From: Rhodosorus marinus CCMP1338
Lineage: Eukaryota > Plantae > Rhodophyta
DNA: 248,000 nucleotides
NCBI GenBank assembly: GCA_029953675.1
Contig: JAMWBK010000008.1
Location: 1,632,001 to 1,880,000, forward strand
Direction of reading: 5' to 3'
Shown here: positions 82,301 through 95,549 of the stretch, one piece after another
How the letters are laid out: the number at the start of each line of letters is the position of its first letter
How positions within the stretch are numbered: position 1 is the stretch's first letter
Position numbers and translations under genes: made by a program
The notes under the pieces: model-generated
Told to the model about the DNA's origin: nothing
What the model saw: the letters and a program-made list of their open reading frames with translations, nothing else
The model's database searches: none

Positions 82301-82904
82301 GATTCGACTTGACCCTTCGCGCTGCGGCTCTGACTTTTCCCTCTCCCACGCTTGGACGTCGGGGTCGGAAAGTGATCCTTCGTCGCCAAGCAAGTTTTTC
82401 AAACAGCTGAAAAATCCGCCGATCCCGATTGCGATTCGTCGGTTAATATGTGCGATAAAACAGTTTGATTGCTTCAACCTTTTTCAGCTTTGCAAGGTCG
82501 AGCCTCTTTCTGATTTGCGTCTTCGTGTTTTTCGCAGATGAAAACGGCTACGTGAGGGCTGTATCCGAGAACAAATCGAGCAACTTGGCTCAACTCTTTG
82601 CATCTCTGCGTTCCGCCAATACTCGAAGGGGTTTATTTCGCTGTTTTGCGAAAGGCCCAAAGCCGAACAGCGAAAAACCTCGAACCGAAAAAGATGCATT
82701 GAAAAATATCGGATGCAATCGGTCGTTATCGGACCATTTATCGGACGAAGCGTATTTTCTCTTTTGCATTCAAGTCCGATAGACTCATATCGGACAGGTG
82801 GTCAACGGAATATATGGTCTATTATTACGAAATACAGATTCATTAAACTTTTCTCGGATCGTCCGATATTTATTGGACACAATCGGAAGGAGATGACAAC
82901 CCTT
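79363..82904 (-). mobile_element. Non-autonomous TIR DNA element (hAT-like ends) with ATCGGAC subterminal repeats, interrupted by a gypsy element
   Basis: Ends TAGGGTTGTCAT / ATGACAACCCTT; many ATCGGAC/GTCCGAT motifs near both ends; no clear TSD. Confidence 0.7.
79699..81477 (-). mobile_element. Internally deleted gypsy chromovirus with both LTRs
   Basis: LTRs 79699-79963 and 81225-81477 (TGTTACG...TGTCA); PBS TGGTCTCCTCGC; PPT; chromodomain EYFVYFEG...RWLP. Confidence 0.9.
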
Positions 82905-84517
82905 CTCAGCGAAGTCATTCACTCAAGCAATGCTTTGACAGCCTGTCGAGATCAGAACTAATCATGATTCAATATCTGGGTCGGAGATGATTGATTAATA
83001 GACTAACGTTGATTGAATATCGGACGATTTATCTGACCTGGTTATTGAAGGCAATCGCACCTATTTTTAGAAGAATTTCAATTCATTACCGGGTTAAGTT
83101 TATACTTTTTACAATAGTCTATTCACGACGAAATTTTATCCGTCTGTCCGATAAACGTTGTCGGACGGCCCATGACAACAACTAAAACTAAATGAGACAA
83201 GGAATGAACCATGGCTATGCCTATACCCGATATTAATTAGACTATGTTCAGGCTAAACTGAGGAGTTCGAGGTCGTAAACAATTGCCCTCACAAGCATCT
83301 ATCGGATATTCTTCTATATGAAATCGATTTTATCATTCGAATATATACAGTATAGCCTAGAAATATTTTTTTTCCTAGCATACACATATTTCAACAAATA
83401 ATATAGATTGTCCTTAATACTTTAAAAACGGTAATATTTTAAGGTTAATATCTTCATTAAATCGTTTTAACCGTGGAATGCGTATGCACACATCCAGGTT
83501 TTACGCATAGACGTTCTTTACTTTAGATAGTTTCTCCCTAAATATGGTGGATCTAGAAATAAGCGTAGCAATAATTGAAAATCATAATTAACAGTAGGCC
83601 GAGCTGCCCACTGCCAGACTACGCATCCTATTACATCCTAACAGCTAGGGAGTTTTCACAGTGCGAGGAGGGATTCCCTTTTTATACGCACATTCCGTCT
83701 TCGATTTAGATAGACTGGACATTTATTTAGAATATCTAGATTCGTACTCTAGATATAGGTGAAAGTTGTAGTTTTATTTGAACTAACTGGCAAACCCGCG
83801 GGCTTATCCCTACTCAGAATCCTAAGGTCGCCGAGGATTTTTTTTTAGGGTCCCGGCAAGTTAGGACCAAGTTAGACTCGTATATTCTTTGATTTAAAAA
83901 TACACTCATAAATATAAGCAAAATAGTAATAAAAATGTGCAGTAACTTCTAATTTTGCTCCCGGCAGAGCCCAGTTTTTCCTCCAAATAGAATTTGAGGG
84001 AATGAGGGCGAATGATTGATAAGAGCGGAAGGGTTTTCGGGGCTGATGGAAAAGCTAAGGCTTATGATCTTCGACGGTGTGGAGGATGGTGGGAGACACC
84101 TTTAATCTTTATGTGTTTGTCTTGTCTTTTGTCTCGGACCGAGTGAAAAGATCGATTGGTTTCTTACTCCCGGGGAATCAGGAGGACTTGGTCATAAGGG
84201 ACTGAGGTGAGAGTCCTGGACGAGGTCCGTTGGACGAGCGTGTCGGACAAGGCTGTTCTTCGGTGCGTGCCTCTTTGTTGTTTTTTTTTGGACCCTTCCT
84301 TCTAAGGGTTTGGAAGGGTAGCTTGGCGATAGAACAAGAATCTGGTTTGATCTGAATCGTCGGTCTTGAAGTGCGTCCTTTGAATGGGCATTGTTTTAGG
84401 TTCGTACTTGTAGATAGTCTTACTGTTGCGCGCGAGCGCGCGTGTGTGTGTCTGTGTTGGAGAGAGAGAGATAGGGAGAGATTCTTTTTGTTTGCTTCGC
84501 ATTGAGATCTGAAAGAG

Positions 84518-85830
84518 ATGATGAAATCGCAGAAGTTGGGTGGTTTTGGCCGCTTCAGAGCTCGAAGGGTTCAAGCCTGGACCGTGCTCGCCGCTTTTTT
84601 TGTCGGAGTACTTTTCGGTGGTCTGATAATAGAGCTGATATTCGTAGCGCAGCCCCCTGAAGGGAAGCCAACAACGGCCGTGGCTTCGTTTCGGGATGTG
84701 TTCGACAAAATATATATCATGAATATGGACCAGTAAGTTCACAGCGGCACTCCCAGCAGAGCATGTTCTTCTAGTGCGAATTCGAATTTCTGACCATAAA
84801 GCTCATCCTTTTTGTATTTGTGCGCGCCTCTCTCCGTGTCTCTGTCCGCAACCAGATGTGTGGAGAGGTGGGAGATGACAAAGCAGTACGCCAATGCGAT
84901 TGGAATCGACGTGCACAGATGGTCAGCATACCAAGCGAAGAAGGAGGAGATTATGAATCCCCCAGACGGAATCTCAACTCGAAACCTTCAACACGACTAT
85001 ATTGCGGCTGGTGCGCTTGGAAATTGCGTCTCACACCGCCGGATCTGGAAGGACGTCATAGACAAAGGATACCGACGCGTCCTAGTCTTGGAGGACGACG
85101 TTTTTCTCACGAATCAGACTTGGCTCATGCTTCCAGACCTTTTCAGACTTGTCGACGAAGCTCAGGAGGTAATAGACCCGACCCCCCCCCCCTACCCGTG
85201 TACTTTCCTGTTGTCTGGCGTGCCAAATACGTGAAGCTCGTGGTTAGTACAACCAAGGTCTGATTTCGTCATGATGCGTTTCTTCCTCGTCACTCCCAGA
85301 TCCACAAGAAAGCATGGCATTACATTTTCTTCAGGAGAAATGCAATCCGGAACGTGCGGGATGAGAAGGTATGGAGCATGAGCCCATCTGGACATCCGGT
85401 TACAATAGCAGGTCCGAGCTGGGGCACAGCAGCATACGCTGTGAGTCAAGCGGGAGCGCAATTTTTGCACAATGAGTATAGTGAGTTTAAATGGCCTGTT
85501 GACGTCCAGATGGCGGAGCTGGAAAAGCGCAATCGGGATTTCGTGTCGCTGAGCGCCTGTTACAATGACGAGTTTAAGAACATGTGTCCTGAGAACGTGA
85601 TTGAATATACGAAGGAAGAAAAAGGCAGATGCAACGGGAGTGGTACAGTTTGTTACCCGACGCTTTCAGAGCTTGAAATTGTTATCGAGGTTGTCCTTTG
85701 TCCGCTGAACGACGTGGAAACTATGTTTTTTTTGTGTTTTGTCCTCTGTTCCCGGACTTTGCGCTCACTGCAGGTACACAGCAGGGAGGCCGAATATCAA
85801 AGGAAGAACTGAACCGGAAATACAGGGAGA
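84518..85830 (+). CDS. Glycosyltransferase family 25-like protein (spliced), paralog of 53401..54785
   Basis: DKIYIMNMD, SHRRIW, VLVLEDD, WGTAAYAVS; same exon layout as the paralog. Confidence 0.8.
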
Positions 85831-87189
85831 TGGATGGAGTCGAAGGTGACCAAAGCGATGAATAAACGATATTTGTGTAACAAAAGAGCGAGTGGGGCCC
85901 CTGATGAATGCGAAAAGACTAGCGTACGACTTCTAACACGGGTCCGGATATGACGGCTCAGATGATGAAGAAGGGCGCGTCTTGTGCGAGGGCCTTGTTC
86001 GCTTATAAACTGTGGATGTGGTGTTGGGAATTCCTCCCGGAGAGGACTTCAGTCCTAGAAGCTGTAGGGTTTTTCTAGTTTTTTTTGGTTGAGGCAATTT
86101 CCAGAATTTCACTGGTTGTTTGGAGTACTTTGTCTCGCCGTCGCAAGCGCCGTTGGCATTAGCCCGACCCGAACTCCGAATTTTTCTTGTTTAGTGTCAG
86201 GACGCGTAGCCGTGGGGCTTTTAAAACCGGAACATGCAGTGCCGGCATTGGCCCCGGGCGAAACCATTCAGTAGAGTACGTCAACCTCAGAGTTTTAGCA
86301 ACCTAAAAGGCCCCCACCGACCACCATTAGCACCACGCCCCAAGAGTGCAAATTTAGGAACCGGAAACCAACAAAAATTACGCGCGACTCGCACTCCAAA
86401 CTCAATTCTGTGTTCCTTCCAACAGGCAAAATGCCTCTGCGTGCCGATCAGATCTTTGACTGATCACGGCAAACCACCAAGGTTTTTCTTTTGGTTTACT
86501 GAAACGACATTTTCAGCGAATGTTTCAGAATTTTGGTTAAAATTCGGTTCCATTATGGTAGTCGAAGGTTTGCCACTTGGCCTCCACTTCTGGACGCGGA
86601 TGTGGAATTAGCGTAGTGGTTGGCTGCTACGGGTAGGAGGGAACGATGGGAGAAGTTTATACAGCTTGCTATCTCCACCTACTTACATCCAGTGCAATGA
86701 CTTAGCAGTTGTTCCAATGGAGAATAGTTCTACTTTGGGATTGGGTTGGAGGATTAGGAGACACAGCTCCGAAAACGTCGCACAGGGCCTAAAAATCTCA
86801 TCAGTTTTGTCCTAGAAAGCCATGTCCTCTTTCCCCGGGGGTTCAATTGTCATTAGTAACCCCAGACTAACGGATCATCGTCAATGCCTCCGGAAGACAA
86901 AGCCCCAAACAGGGGAGGCGGGGGTTCCTCCAAATGAACACAGTCAGTTATTCGGTCCGAATCCTCAATTCCATCATAGAATGCCTAGCGGGTTACCAAA
87001 TGCAAAATTCCATGGAAAACATGGACAATTATATAAAGTTATTTCAGCTCATTGAGAAAATTACGTTATCACTTTAAATTATATTAATTCATAGCTGCGT
87101 CTATTTATTCCCAAAATAATAGGAGATATGCTCCAAATATTACTTTCAGACATTTTGCTGTTGCAATAAATGGTAGCAGATTATTCGAT

Positions 87190-87840
87190 TTATGAAAGAA
87201 AAAGTTTCTCTTCGCGAAGTCTGGTGGTGTGTGTCAAGTCAGCCTTTTTCCTGAGGGGGTGGGAAGAAGCTCAGGCACATTGAAATACCTGGAAAAGAGC
87301 TGGACAGATTATTAGATCTTTTCGTCTAAGTAAAAGAAAAAGTTTCTCTTGACGAAGTCTCGCCGTGTGTCTAGTCAGCCTCTTTCCTGAGGGGGTGGGA
87401 AGAAGCTCAGGCACATCGAAATACCTGGAAAAGAGCTGGACAGACTATTGGATCTTTTCGTCCAAGTAACCCCCTCACGAAGAGTTGCTTGATAAGTCCA
87501 AAGAATTTTTTCCCAGCGCCTCCTTGACTTACTCCGTTGTCAGCCGGGCCGATAGTTGTCGTCCTATCCGGCTACAACAGTGCGCCAACACGTTATCACT
87601 TCAATTTATATTAATTCATAGCTGTGTCCATTAATTCCCGAAATAGTAGGAGAAATACTCCAAATATTACTTTCAGACATTTTGCTGTTGCGATAAATGG
87701 TACGCATATTATTCGATTTGTGAAAGAAAAAGTTTCTGATGACGAAGTCTCGTGGTTGTCTGTCTAGTCAGCCTTTTCCTGGGGAGGTGGGAAGAAGCTC
87801 ACGCACATCGAAATACTTGGAAAAGAGCTGGACAGATCGT
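87190..87840. repeat. Three-copy ~130-bp tandem/segmental repeat with a CRE family D scrap
   Basis: GAAAAAGTTTCT...GAAATACCTGGAAAAGAGCTGGACAGA at ~87200, 87340, 87725. Confidence 0.75.
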
Positions 87841-88520
87841 TATCCCAGCAATGGGCTGTGAATACTAATCGCTATTGGATTTGTCGAAACAGCTCCTAGT
87901 TGATACACACTTATTCTAAATCATTTCAACGTGTTCACTGACTTCCTATTCAGTTCGTGTTTAGCTGCCTTTGACCTCAACTAAATAAAATTCGTTCAAC
88001 AAAGGACCTCTTAATCGAAAGAATGGCAATCGTTTCTGTTTGTTGACTGATCCGAGTTTCAATACCGTTGAAATTGGTTTGTCCTAGGTGCTGAAAAGCA
88101 AGAATTTTAACCAAAATCGGTTAAAGTTCTTGAGACGAGTGAGTTCTGAAGTGGACTGTATTGAAATTAACTCAAGATCTGCTGAAACAGAAGGCTTGTA
88201 CGCTGCAAGCTAGCTGTCCCTCACGCACACCCGTAAGTCCGGTTGTTTACTCCGCTAGCAAACCGATCTGTTTCAGAGGTTGGGTTTGGTTTCGTTTTGG
88301 TGGTGGTGGTGGTGAGGAAGTCGATAATATAAAGAAGCATTGATTGAATCAGCGCGGTTAACTGACATATCTTGTCTGTATGCTCTTCGTGGTTTGCTGT
88401 TGAAGGCTGTTTGTAGCGCCTACCGACGCGTTGGGAAGGGTCTTCTAGAGGAACCAAGGCAATCCATGGCTGCGGTGCTTCGAGTAGTGAAGAGTTGCCC
88501 ATCTAAGTGACTAGGTAACG

Positions 88521-89924
88521 ATGAAGAAGACTATGCTCAAGCTTAACGTTCTGCTCCTGGCAGGAACGCTTTCAATGATCTGCGCATTCACGGCCGAAAG
88601 CCTGCCTAGCCAGAGTCGGACTTCGGAACCAAGTGGGAAGAGCACTTGCCTGAGGGAAATTCTTCCGACTCAGTTCGTAAATTTCTTCCAGCGGGAGTGT
88701 TTCAGTCTGGTAAGCAGATCGGACAAGGTCAAGTATGCTCAGGTGTGCACAGGGACTCGTGTGAGACTCACACCGGATGCGGGGGAACCAAGTGTAAGGC
88801 TTAAGTTTAAGGCTAGAGGTGAAGGCGTTCGATTCAGGAAGGTTGCCGTCGGCGTCTACCAAAATTGCCACATAGTCCCAAACTCTTATGCTAAGTATTA
88901 CGTTAGAAAGCACATGAATAGCGAAGTGACAGTAATAGACATCCCCATAGACGATATCCCGGCGAGGAGCAACTGTTGTGACAGAAAGCTGTGCATGGTC
89001 GTTACGGCGGAAGTCTACGTAGAGCCGTCCGAACGAAAAGTCCAGCTTCGGGCGGGAGAAGAATGCTCATCCTACCCGTGGGGAGTTGGCAATGGTCGGG
89101 CATGTCGGTTCGGGATCAACTGTATCAACCGCATCGTCGGAACGCTAAACGATGATATTCTCTACGGGACCGACTATGTTGACTGGATATACGGCTACCT
89201 GGGAAATGACCTAATCAATGGGTATGGCGGCGACGATGTGATCCACGCGGATTATGGAGACGACGTCGTTCACGCCGGCAAAGGTAACGACAGAGTATAC
89301 CTTAGTGGTGGCACCGATTTTGCGCTCGGCGGCAAGGGAAACGATCTCATATTTGGCGGAGAGGGAGACGATTACATTCATGGACAGCGTGGGAACGACC
89401 GCGTCTACGCAGGTGAAGGGGACGACTTCATCCGCGGTGGTTTGGGAAAGAACGTTTTGGAGGGAGAGGAAGGTGGCGACGTTGTCGTCGGAGGCGTGTC
89501 TGCGGATGTTATCGTTGGCGGAGCAGGAGCAGATAGGCTCTACGGTGCCGCTGGGGGTGATATTATCTTGGGTGAGCTGGGCTCGGACTTGATTTACGGA
89601 GGCGCTGGAGCGGATGAAATACTCGGAGGGGAAGGTAATGACGAAATTTACGGCGGCCCGGGCAGCGATACCATTAGTGGTGGACCCGGGAACGATTCTC
89701 TTTTCGGTGGCGAAGGAGATGACGTCATCTTCGACAAAAAGGGTAACAGCTCCGTTTACGCATCGTACGGGGACGATACCATTACCACCGGGGATGGGAA
89801 CGACGACATCGACGCGGGACAAGGAGACGATGTGATTAATAGTGGACACGGGCTCGATAATGTCGATCCAGGACCAGGCAGAAATATTGTCAACGGAGAA
89901 GAAGTTGACATCCCTCCTTTCTGA
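88521..89924 (+). CDS. Secreted Cys-rich module + RTX/hemolysin-type Ca-binding nonapeptide repeats
   Basis: Signal peptide; more than 15 GGxGxDx(I/L/V) repeats; intronless. Confidence 0.88.
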   Translation: MKKTMLKLNVLLLAGTLSMICAFTAESLPSQSRTSEPSGKSTCLREILPTQFVNFFQRECFSLVSRSDKVKYAQVCTGTRVRLTPDAGEPSVRLKFKARGEGVRFRKVAVGVYQNCHIVPNSYAKYYVRKHMNSEVTVIDIPIDDIPARSNCCDRKLCMVVTAEVYVEPSERKVQLRAGEECSSYPWGVGNGRACRFGINCINRIVGTLNDDILYGTDYVDWIYGYLGNDLINGYGGDDVIHADYGDDVVHAGKGNDRVYLSGGTDFALGGKGNDLIFGGEGDDYIHGQRGNDRVYAGEGDDFIRGGLGKNVLEGEEGGDVVVGGVSADVIVGGAGADRLYGAAGGDIILGELGSDLIYGGAGADEILGGEGNDEIYGGPGSDTISGGPGNDSLFGGEGDDVIFDKKGNSSVYASYGDDTITTGDGNDDIDAGQGDDVINSGHGLDNVDPGPGRNIVNGEEVDIPPF

Positions 89925-89972
89925 GGTGAGCAGCTCCAGTTGGAATAGGCTATTCTAGATGGTGGTTTTACT

Positions 89973-92900
89973 TAGGGTTGTCATCTCTGTCCGATAAAAA
90001 AACGTCCGATTGCGTCCGATAAATACCGGACGGTCTAATAAAAGTGTATCGGACCTGTATTACGTAACAATAGACATATATGCTGTTTACCCCCCATCCG
90101 ATACGAGTTTATCGGACCTGAATATAGAAGACAAAATGGGTTTCGTCCAAGAAATGGTCCGATAACGACCGGTTGCGTCCGATATTTTTCAATGCATCTT
90201 TTTCTGTGCATAGTGTCGTTCGCTGTGGGCTTTGGGACTTTTGCTTGGCTAACCACCCGCAAAAAAGCAACAGGCTATTGAGAACATATTGGGAAGTCCG
90301 AGTAGCCGTCGCGGAAGGAACAGGGCAAGGGGTAGAAAGAGGAGATAAGGCGGTGGCCAACTATCTTGGTATAGGGTGTGAGAATTCTGGGCGCATCTAT
90401 TGACTAGCAGGACTATGTTCTTAATAAAGCATGCCTCAAGCCTCATGTAAGAATGCTCACAGTGGAGGAACCCTAGATTTTGATCTCACAAACAACCGCT
90501 CCGTAACGCATAACATTCAATAGCTGCGATCTTATGTGTACTTGTTGCTTCTCGCATATACAGGACTTCGGAGGGGTCATCCAGACTCTGAGATTGATGT
90601 CACAAACATCGGCATTGCGGGGCACAAGAACTCTCCGACCTTATTCTTAGGTACACATGTCTTGAAGCAACTCATGGTTACCAAAATACTGAAGCTACTG
90701 GTCACGTGGCTCGAACAGCCAGTCCAGTCGGCTTGCTCCGAGAGCAAGTCCCCCGCGGGCTAGGGAATACGAACAGCACAAAGAGCTCGTCTCGAGAATA
90801 AGGACGGTTGAACTCCGCCACTGGGTCAACTCAAGAAGACACTGCAACGCGACCAACCATATACTCCATCCCCAAAGTACTCACGTACAAGAGGACACGA
90901 GAAAACTCCCTTCGGAATGCGCTTGTTCTACTCCAAGTCCTTGCCCCTTAACCGCAATCTTAAACCAATGCTTGCCAGCCTGTCGAGTCTAGAAGTAATC
91001 TGTGAGAACCTCCCCTGACAGCTGTGTAATCTGTCAATGTTTTAGAGTCGGGCACCTATTTTAGTGCAGGATGTCAATGTTTTAGTATCCACTGGTTTCT
91101 ACTTTACTGTCAGGTATGTTTTAGTTTACAGTAACCAAGACTATATAAGGCCTAGCTTTGCTAGAACTTGAGACCTAGAATTGAGTAAAGACAAGTTAGT
91201 TCAAAGAGTCCTAACAAAATGGTCTCATCGCCGGAGAAACGATCAAAAGGAAAGCAGAAGGCGACGGAGGAGGACCACGAGAAAGATGTCCGAATGGTAC
91301 TACGACAACTAGAGCAGAATCAACTAGTTGTCAAACATTCGAAGCGCCAGTGCGGAGTACGCCAAGTATGCTACGTAGGTCAAATCTTGGCGGGAGGCAC
91401 TCGTCTCCCTGATCCTAAGAAGGAGCAGGCAATCCAGAATTGGAAGGCTCCCACAAACGTAAAAATAGTACGTGCGTTCATGGGCTTCGCAAATTTTCTA
91501 CGGCGGTTTGTTCCTCGCTTTGCACAGGTGGCTGCACCACTGCACGCACTCACCAACAAGGATCAGCAGTGGAAGTGGCACCGGGAGGAGCAACACGCCT
91601 TCAACGAAGTAAAACGGGCCATATCGACCCGACGCTCCCTTTCATTGTTCAAGTGGATGCAAGTGACGCGGGTGTCGGCTGTGTTCTCTTTCAAACGCGG
91701 CAAGACCAGGAGGTGCCAGTGGCCTATATGTCGCGCTCTTTCAACGCAACGGAAATGCGCTACAGTACCTACGAGAAAGAACTGTATGCCATCGTACTGG
91801 CAGTACAACAATGGTCCGTATACCTCGACGGGCAGCAGTTCAAGGTGCGTACGGATCATAACCCCTTGCGCTTTCTGCAGACACAGAAGACGTTGACGCG
91901 ACGACAAGCGCGTTATGTCAACGTACTATTACCCTATTCCTTTACGATCGAGTATGTACGGGGCAGTCTCAATATCGCGGACGCCCTCAGCCGCGACGCA
92001 CTACGGGCTATCCGCGTCACATCAGATGCAGATTGGACTCAAGACTACGAAGCCGACGCAGAGTTCTCTACTCAATTCCGCGGCCCGGTGGGCAGCTTGA
92101 AGGTTTTTAAGGGAAGGGGGGGCTGCTGTTCTTACATGCAAGGCTTTATGTACCCGGCAACCGCGTCACCGAGGTCATTGGTACGCACCATAAATCAGTG
92201 ACGGCTGGTCATTTCGGGGCACGGGCAACGTATCGACTATTACGCCGACGATACTACTGGCCAAGCATGCGCCAGGATGTGCTCGCTCGGGTACGACAGA
92301 GCGAGGTATGTGCCCGAGAACAACCGTTGAGACGCCACCAGGGAGAGCTTCAACCGCTCCCAATCCCAGAGAACCGAGCCGTGGACTGGACCATGGATTT
92401 CATCACGGGTTCCCTCGGTGAACGGTTATGATGCAATAATGTTTGTAGTCGACCATCTCACGAAGTTTGCCGTTTTCGTCCCGACTTCGAAAACGGTGAC
92501 GGCAGAAGAGGGGGCAGATCTTGTTGGCCCACAAATCATCTCCTTGTTCGCGTTATCCCGGAGCTTCGTCACAGATCGTGATAAGGTCTTCACAGCGACT
92601 TTCTGGCGACACCTTCTGCGATTGATGGGGGTTCAGCAGCTGCTCTCTACCCCGTACCACCCCGAAACGGATGGAAAGACGGAACGGGTGAAATCAGACC
92701 CTACAAATTATGCTGAGATGCTGTTGTACCAGTCCAACATGGATGCAGTGTCTACCCCTACTTCAGCTGGCCTACAACAACCATGCGTCGGCCAGTACGG
92801 GATATACACCGTATTTTCTGTTAACCGGAGGGCATCCACGTTTGAACTTGGACGCTCTCAACTCAACCCCGGCGATTACCAGCCTTGCCGACGCGGCGAC

Positions 92901-94015
92901 TGCTTTCGTGAAACGACAACAACAAATTCTTGCAGACGCACGCAAGTCCATGGCCCTGGAGCAGGAGTTATAAACTGATCACGCGAATTCACGGCGTCAC
93001 ACCAGGGTGTTCAACATTGGTGACAAGGTTTATTTGTCCACGCGCAACCTCCCTCTGGAAGGCCGTACCCGGTTTCAATCTCGCTGGTTGGGCCCCTTTC
93101 CAGTCATCGAAAAACATTCGGACGTCGCGTACACGCTACAGTTACCTGATGAAATGCGGGTACACCCGACATTCCATGTTTCCTTACTGAAGAGCGCACC
93201 GCCTGGGACAACTGAAACCCGACATATTCCTGTGCGAACCAATCTACACCCGACGCAACCCGTGCTATCGGTATTGAGCGTGCGTACGGATGATGAAGGC
93301 ACACGCCAGTTTCTATGCTACCGCGAACATGAATCGTGGACTGATGCTATTTGGCTCCCTGAACGCGACTATCCTACGGACACTCTATCACGACAACGCC
93401 TACGACACTACCTGAACTACCGAAAAATGCTCGATGCTCTTCCTGCAACGATTTGAGTTTGTGCCCAAACTCGGCGGGAGGAAGGTGAGAACCTCCCCCT
93501 GACAGCTGTGTAATCTGCCAATGTTTTAGAGTCAGGCACCTATTTTAGTGTAGGACGTCAATGTTTTAGTATCCACTGGTTTCTACTTTACTGTTAGGTA
93601 TGTTTTAGTTTACAGTACCCAAGACTATATAAGGCCTAGCTTTGCTAGATCTTGAGACCTAGAATTGAGTAAAGGCAAGTTGGTTCAAAGAGTTCTAACA
93701 TAATGATGATTCATTACATCACAGTGTCAGCGAATCAGACGAAGAAGTAATGATGAATCATGATATGCGAACTGTATCAAGAAGTAATCATGATTCAATA
93801 TCTGAACTGAAGATGATTGATTGCTAGATTAACGTTGATTGAATACAGGACGATTTATCGGTCATGTTTATGAGAAGGGCAGCGGACCCGTTTTTTCGAA
93901 GAATTGCAATCAGACGCCCCTTCGTTTTATACTGTTTTGCAATTGTCTATCTATCCACTTCGAAAGATATCGGTACCGTCCAATAAACGTTGTCGGACGG
94001 CGCATGACAACACTA
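89973..94015 (+). mobile_element. Non-autonomous TIR element, second complete copy, interrupted by a gypsy element
   Basis: TAGGGTTGTCAT ... ATGACAACACTA; ATCGGAC subterminal repeats. Confidence 0.7.
91001..93700 (+). mobile_element. Gypsy chromovirus lacking gag/protease (RT end, RNase H, integrase, chromodomain) with both LTRs
   Basis: LTRs 91001-91216 and 93484-93700; PBS TGGTCTCATCGC; flanks TAATC/TAATG; VDASDAGVG, TDHNPL, GHFG..TY, GPF motifs. Confidence 0.92.
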
Positions 94016-94019
94016 CTAT

Positions 94020-94620
94020 ACTATGCCACCTGCTCGCCGGCTGCCCCGCTGTGAAAGGCGCCCGAGCCCGACGACATACGCGATCTTGAACCTGTTATAC
94101 CGCGAACTTCGACCTATCGTACGTCAAGCCGGTCTTGAAATTGAACGTGAGAAGCCCCGGGCTGTTGCAGGCTACCAGAATGATGAACACCGCGTGGCTG
94201 CCGTGTGGTCACCTGTGGCGATAGCCTCCGTACTACGTATGTTGATCTTGCTGTTCCTAGTCCTCAGGCTGGTCGCTATTTGCCGGCTGCGGGAGAGCGC
94301 CGTGGATTTGCTGCTGCCAATATGAGACGTCTCAACGAGTTGAAATATGCGGTAGCACTGTCTTCCCCATGCGTTCGTGCTTCGGCTCTAGCTCATCGCC
94401 TGGTACCTCTGGTCATTGAGTGCTTTGGGTTTATAGATTCCGTTGGTTCTCGTTGGCTTCGGAATTGTTCCGCGAACGCCCTGACCGTCTGTCCTCGTTG
94501 TTTACCCGTTTTAAGTTTCTTGCTATGGCGTGTGAACGCTGCTTTGATTTATGAGGCCACAATCTTCGCCGCACTTAGTCGTTTTTTTCCCCCCGAGGTT
94601 TCTTCTCTCAGGCCCGGATT
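94020..94620 (+). mobile_element. CRE-like family C 3' fragment
   Basis: HLLAGC..ARARRH; TTYVDLAVP; LVPLVIECFG. Confidence 0.8.
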
Positions 94621-95549
94621 AAACCAATTCATTCATTTTACTGTTCTAGATTGTCCAAGTGCTCGGCGATAGCATTGCCTCTTTTGGAACGAATCATACT
94701 GCTTGTTGGCGATCTGCTGGAAACGTAGTGTTTTTTCGGTTTTTGCGAAGTGCTATCGTAGATCACCTTATTCATCACGAGGGAGGGGTGGATTAGGCAA
94801 TGACCTCGCCGCATATCTGTTCGAAACAATATTTGAAGTAGCTGAAAACCTTTAAAAAATCAAGAACCAATAAACGGTCTCGTCGTGGAGTCCCGTACTT
94901 CAAATTCGTTTTGATCAATGCATCAAACAGGAATTCGGTTCCCCTACAATAGCATCCTTAGAACATGCCTCTGCATACTTGTCACTCGCAGGATCACCAC
95001 CCAGACTGCTGCACTTTTGGAGCGCAAGGTACGCACCCAAAGGATTTCGGGAGGGCACACGTCCGAACAGACAACTCTGGCGAAGTACTGCCCGCCTGGC
95101 AACAAACGCATAACACGCGGACATGGAGGGTGGGGAGGATTGCCCCCCGCGCTCGAGAGCAGTGTGTTATCTCAATATGGGGCATCCTTAGCCAATATTA
95201 AGTCGCGCTTCTTTCGCTTGCTTGAGACTGCATACGGTACCAGTCAGTCAAGTACAAGAGACCGGTCTGCAAGAACCCTGACGAGCATCCAAAGCCGATC
95301 CCTTTATTGGTCAAACAAAACCAAAAAAATCTTATGTTAATTGGTTTGTATATTTCTGTTAACTAATTAAAATGTGCTTAGTGTCCTTCCTCACCTATTC
95401 TGAAGCGACTGATTTGCTAGGAAATTACAGTTCATATCCGAAAAGAACGACTCGAATACTCCATTTTGAGAAGATCACGAACTGTTGATTAGTAAATCAT
95501 GTTAGTACCAAATGTTTACTATCAGGCATAGAGTTCAGAGCTTAGCGCG

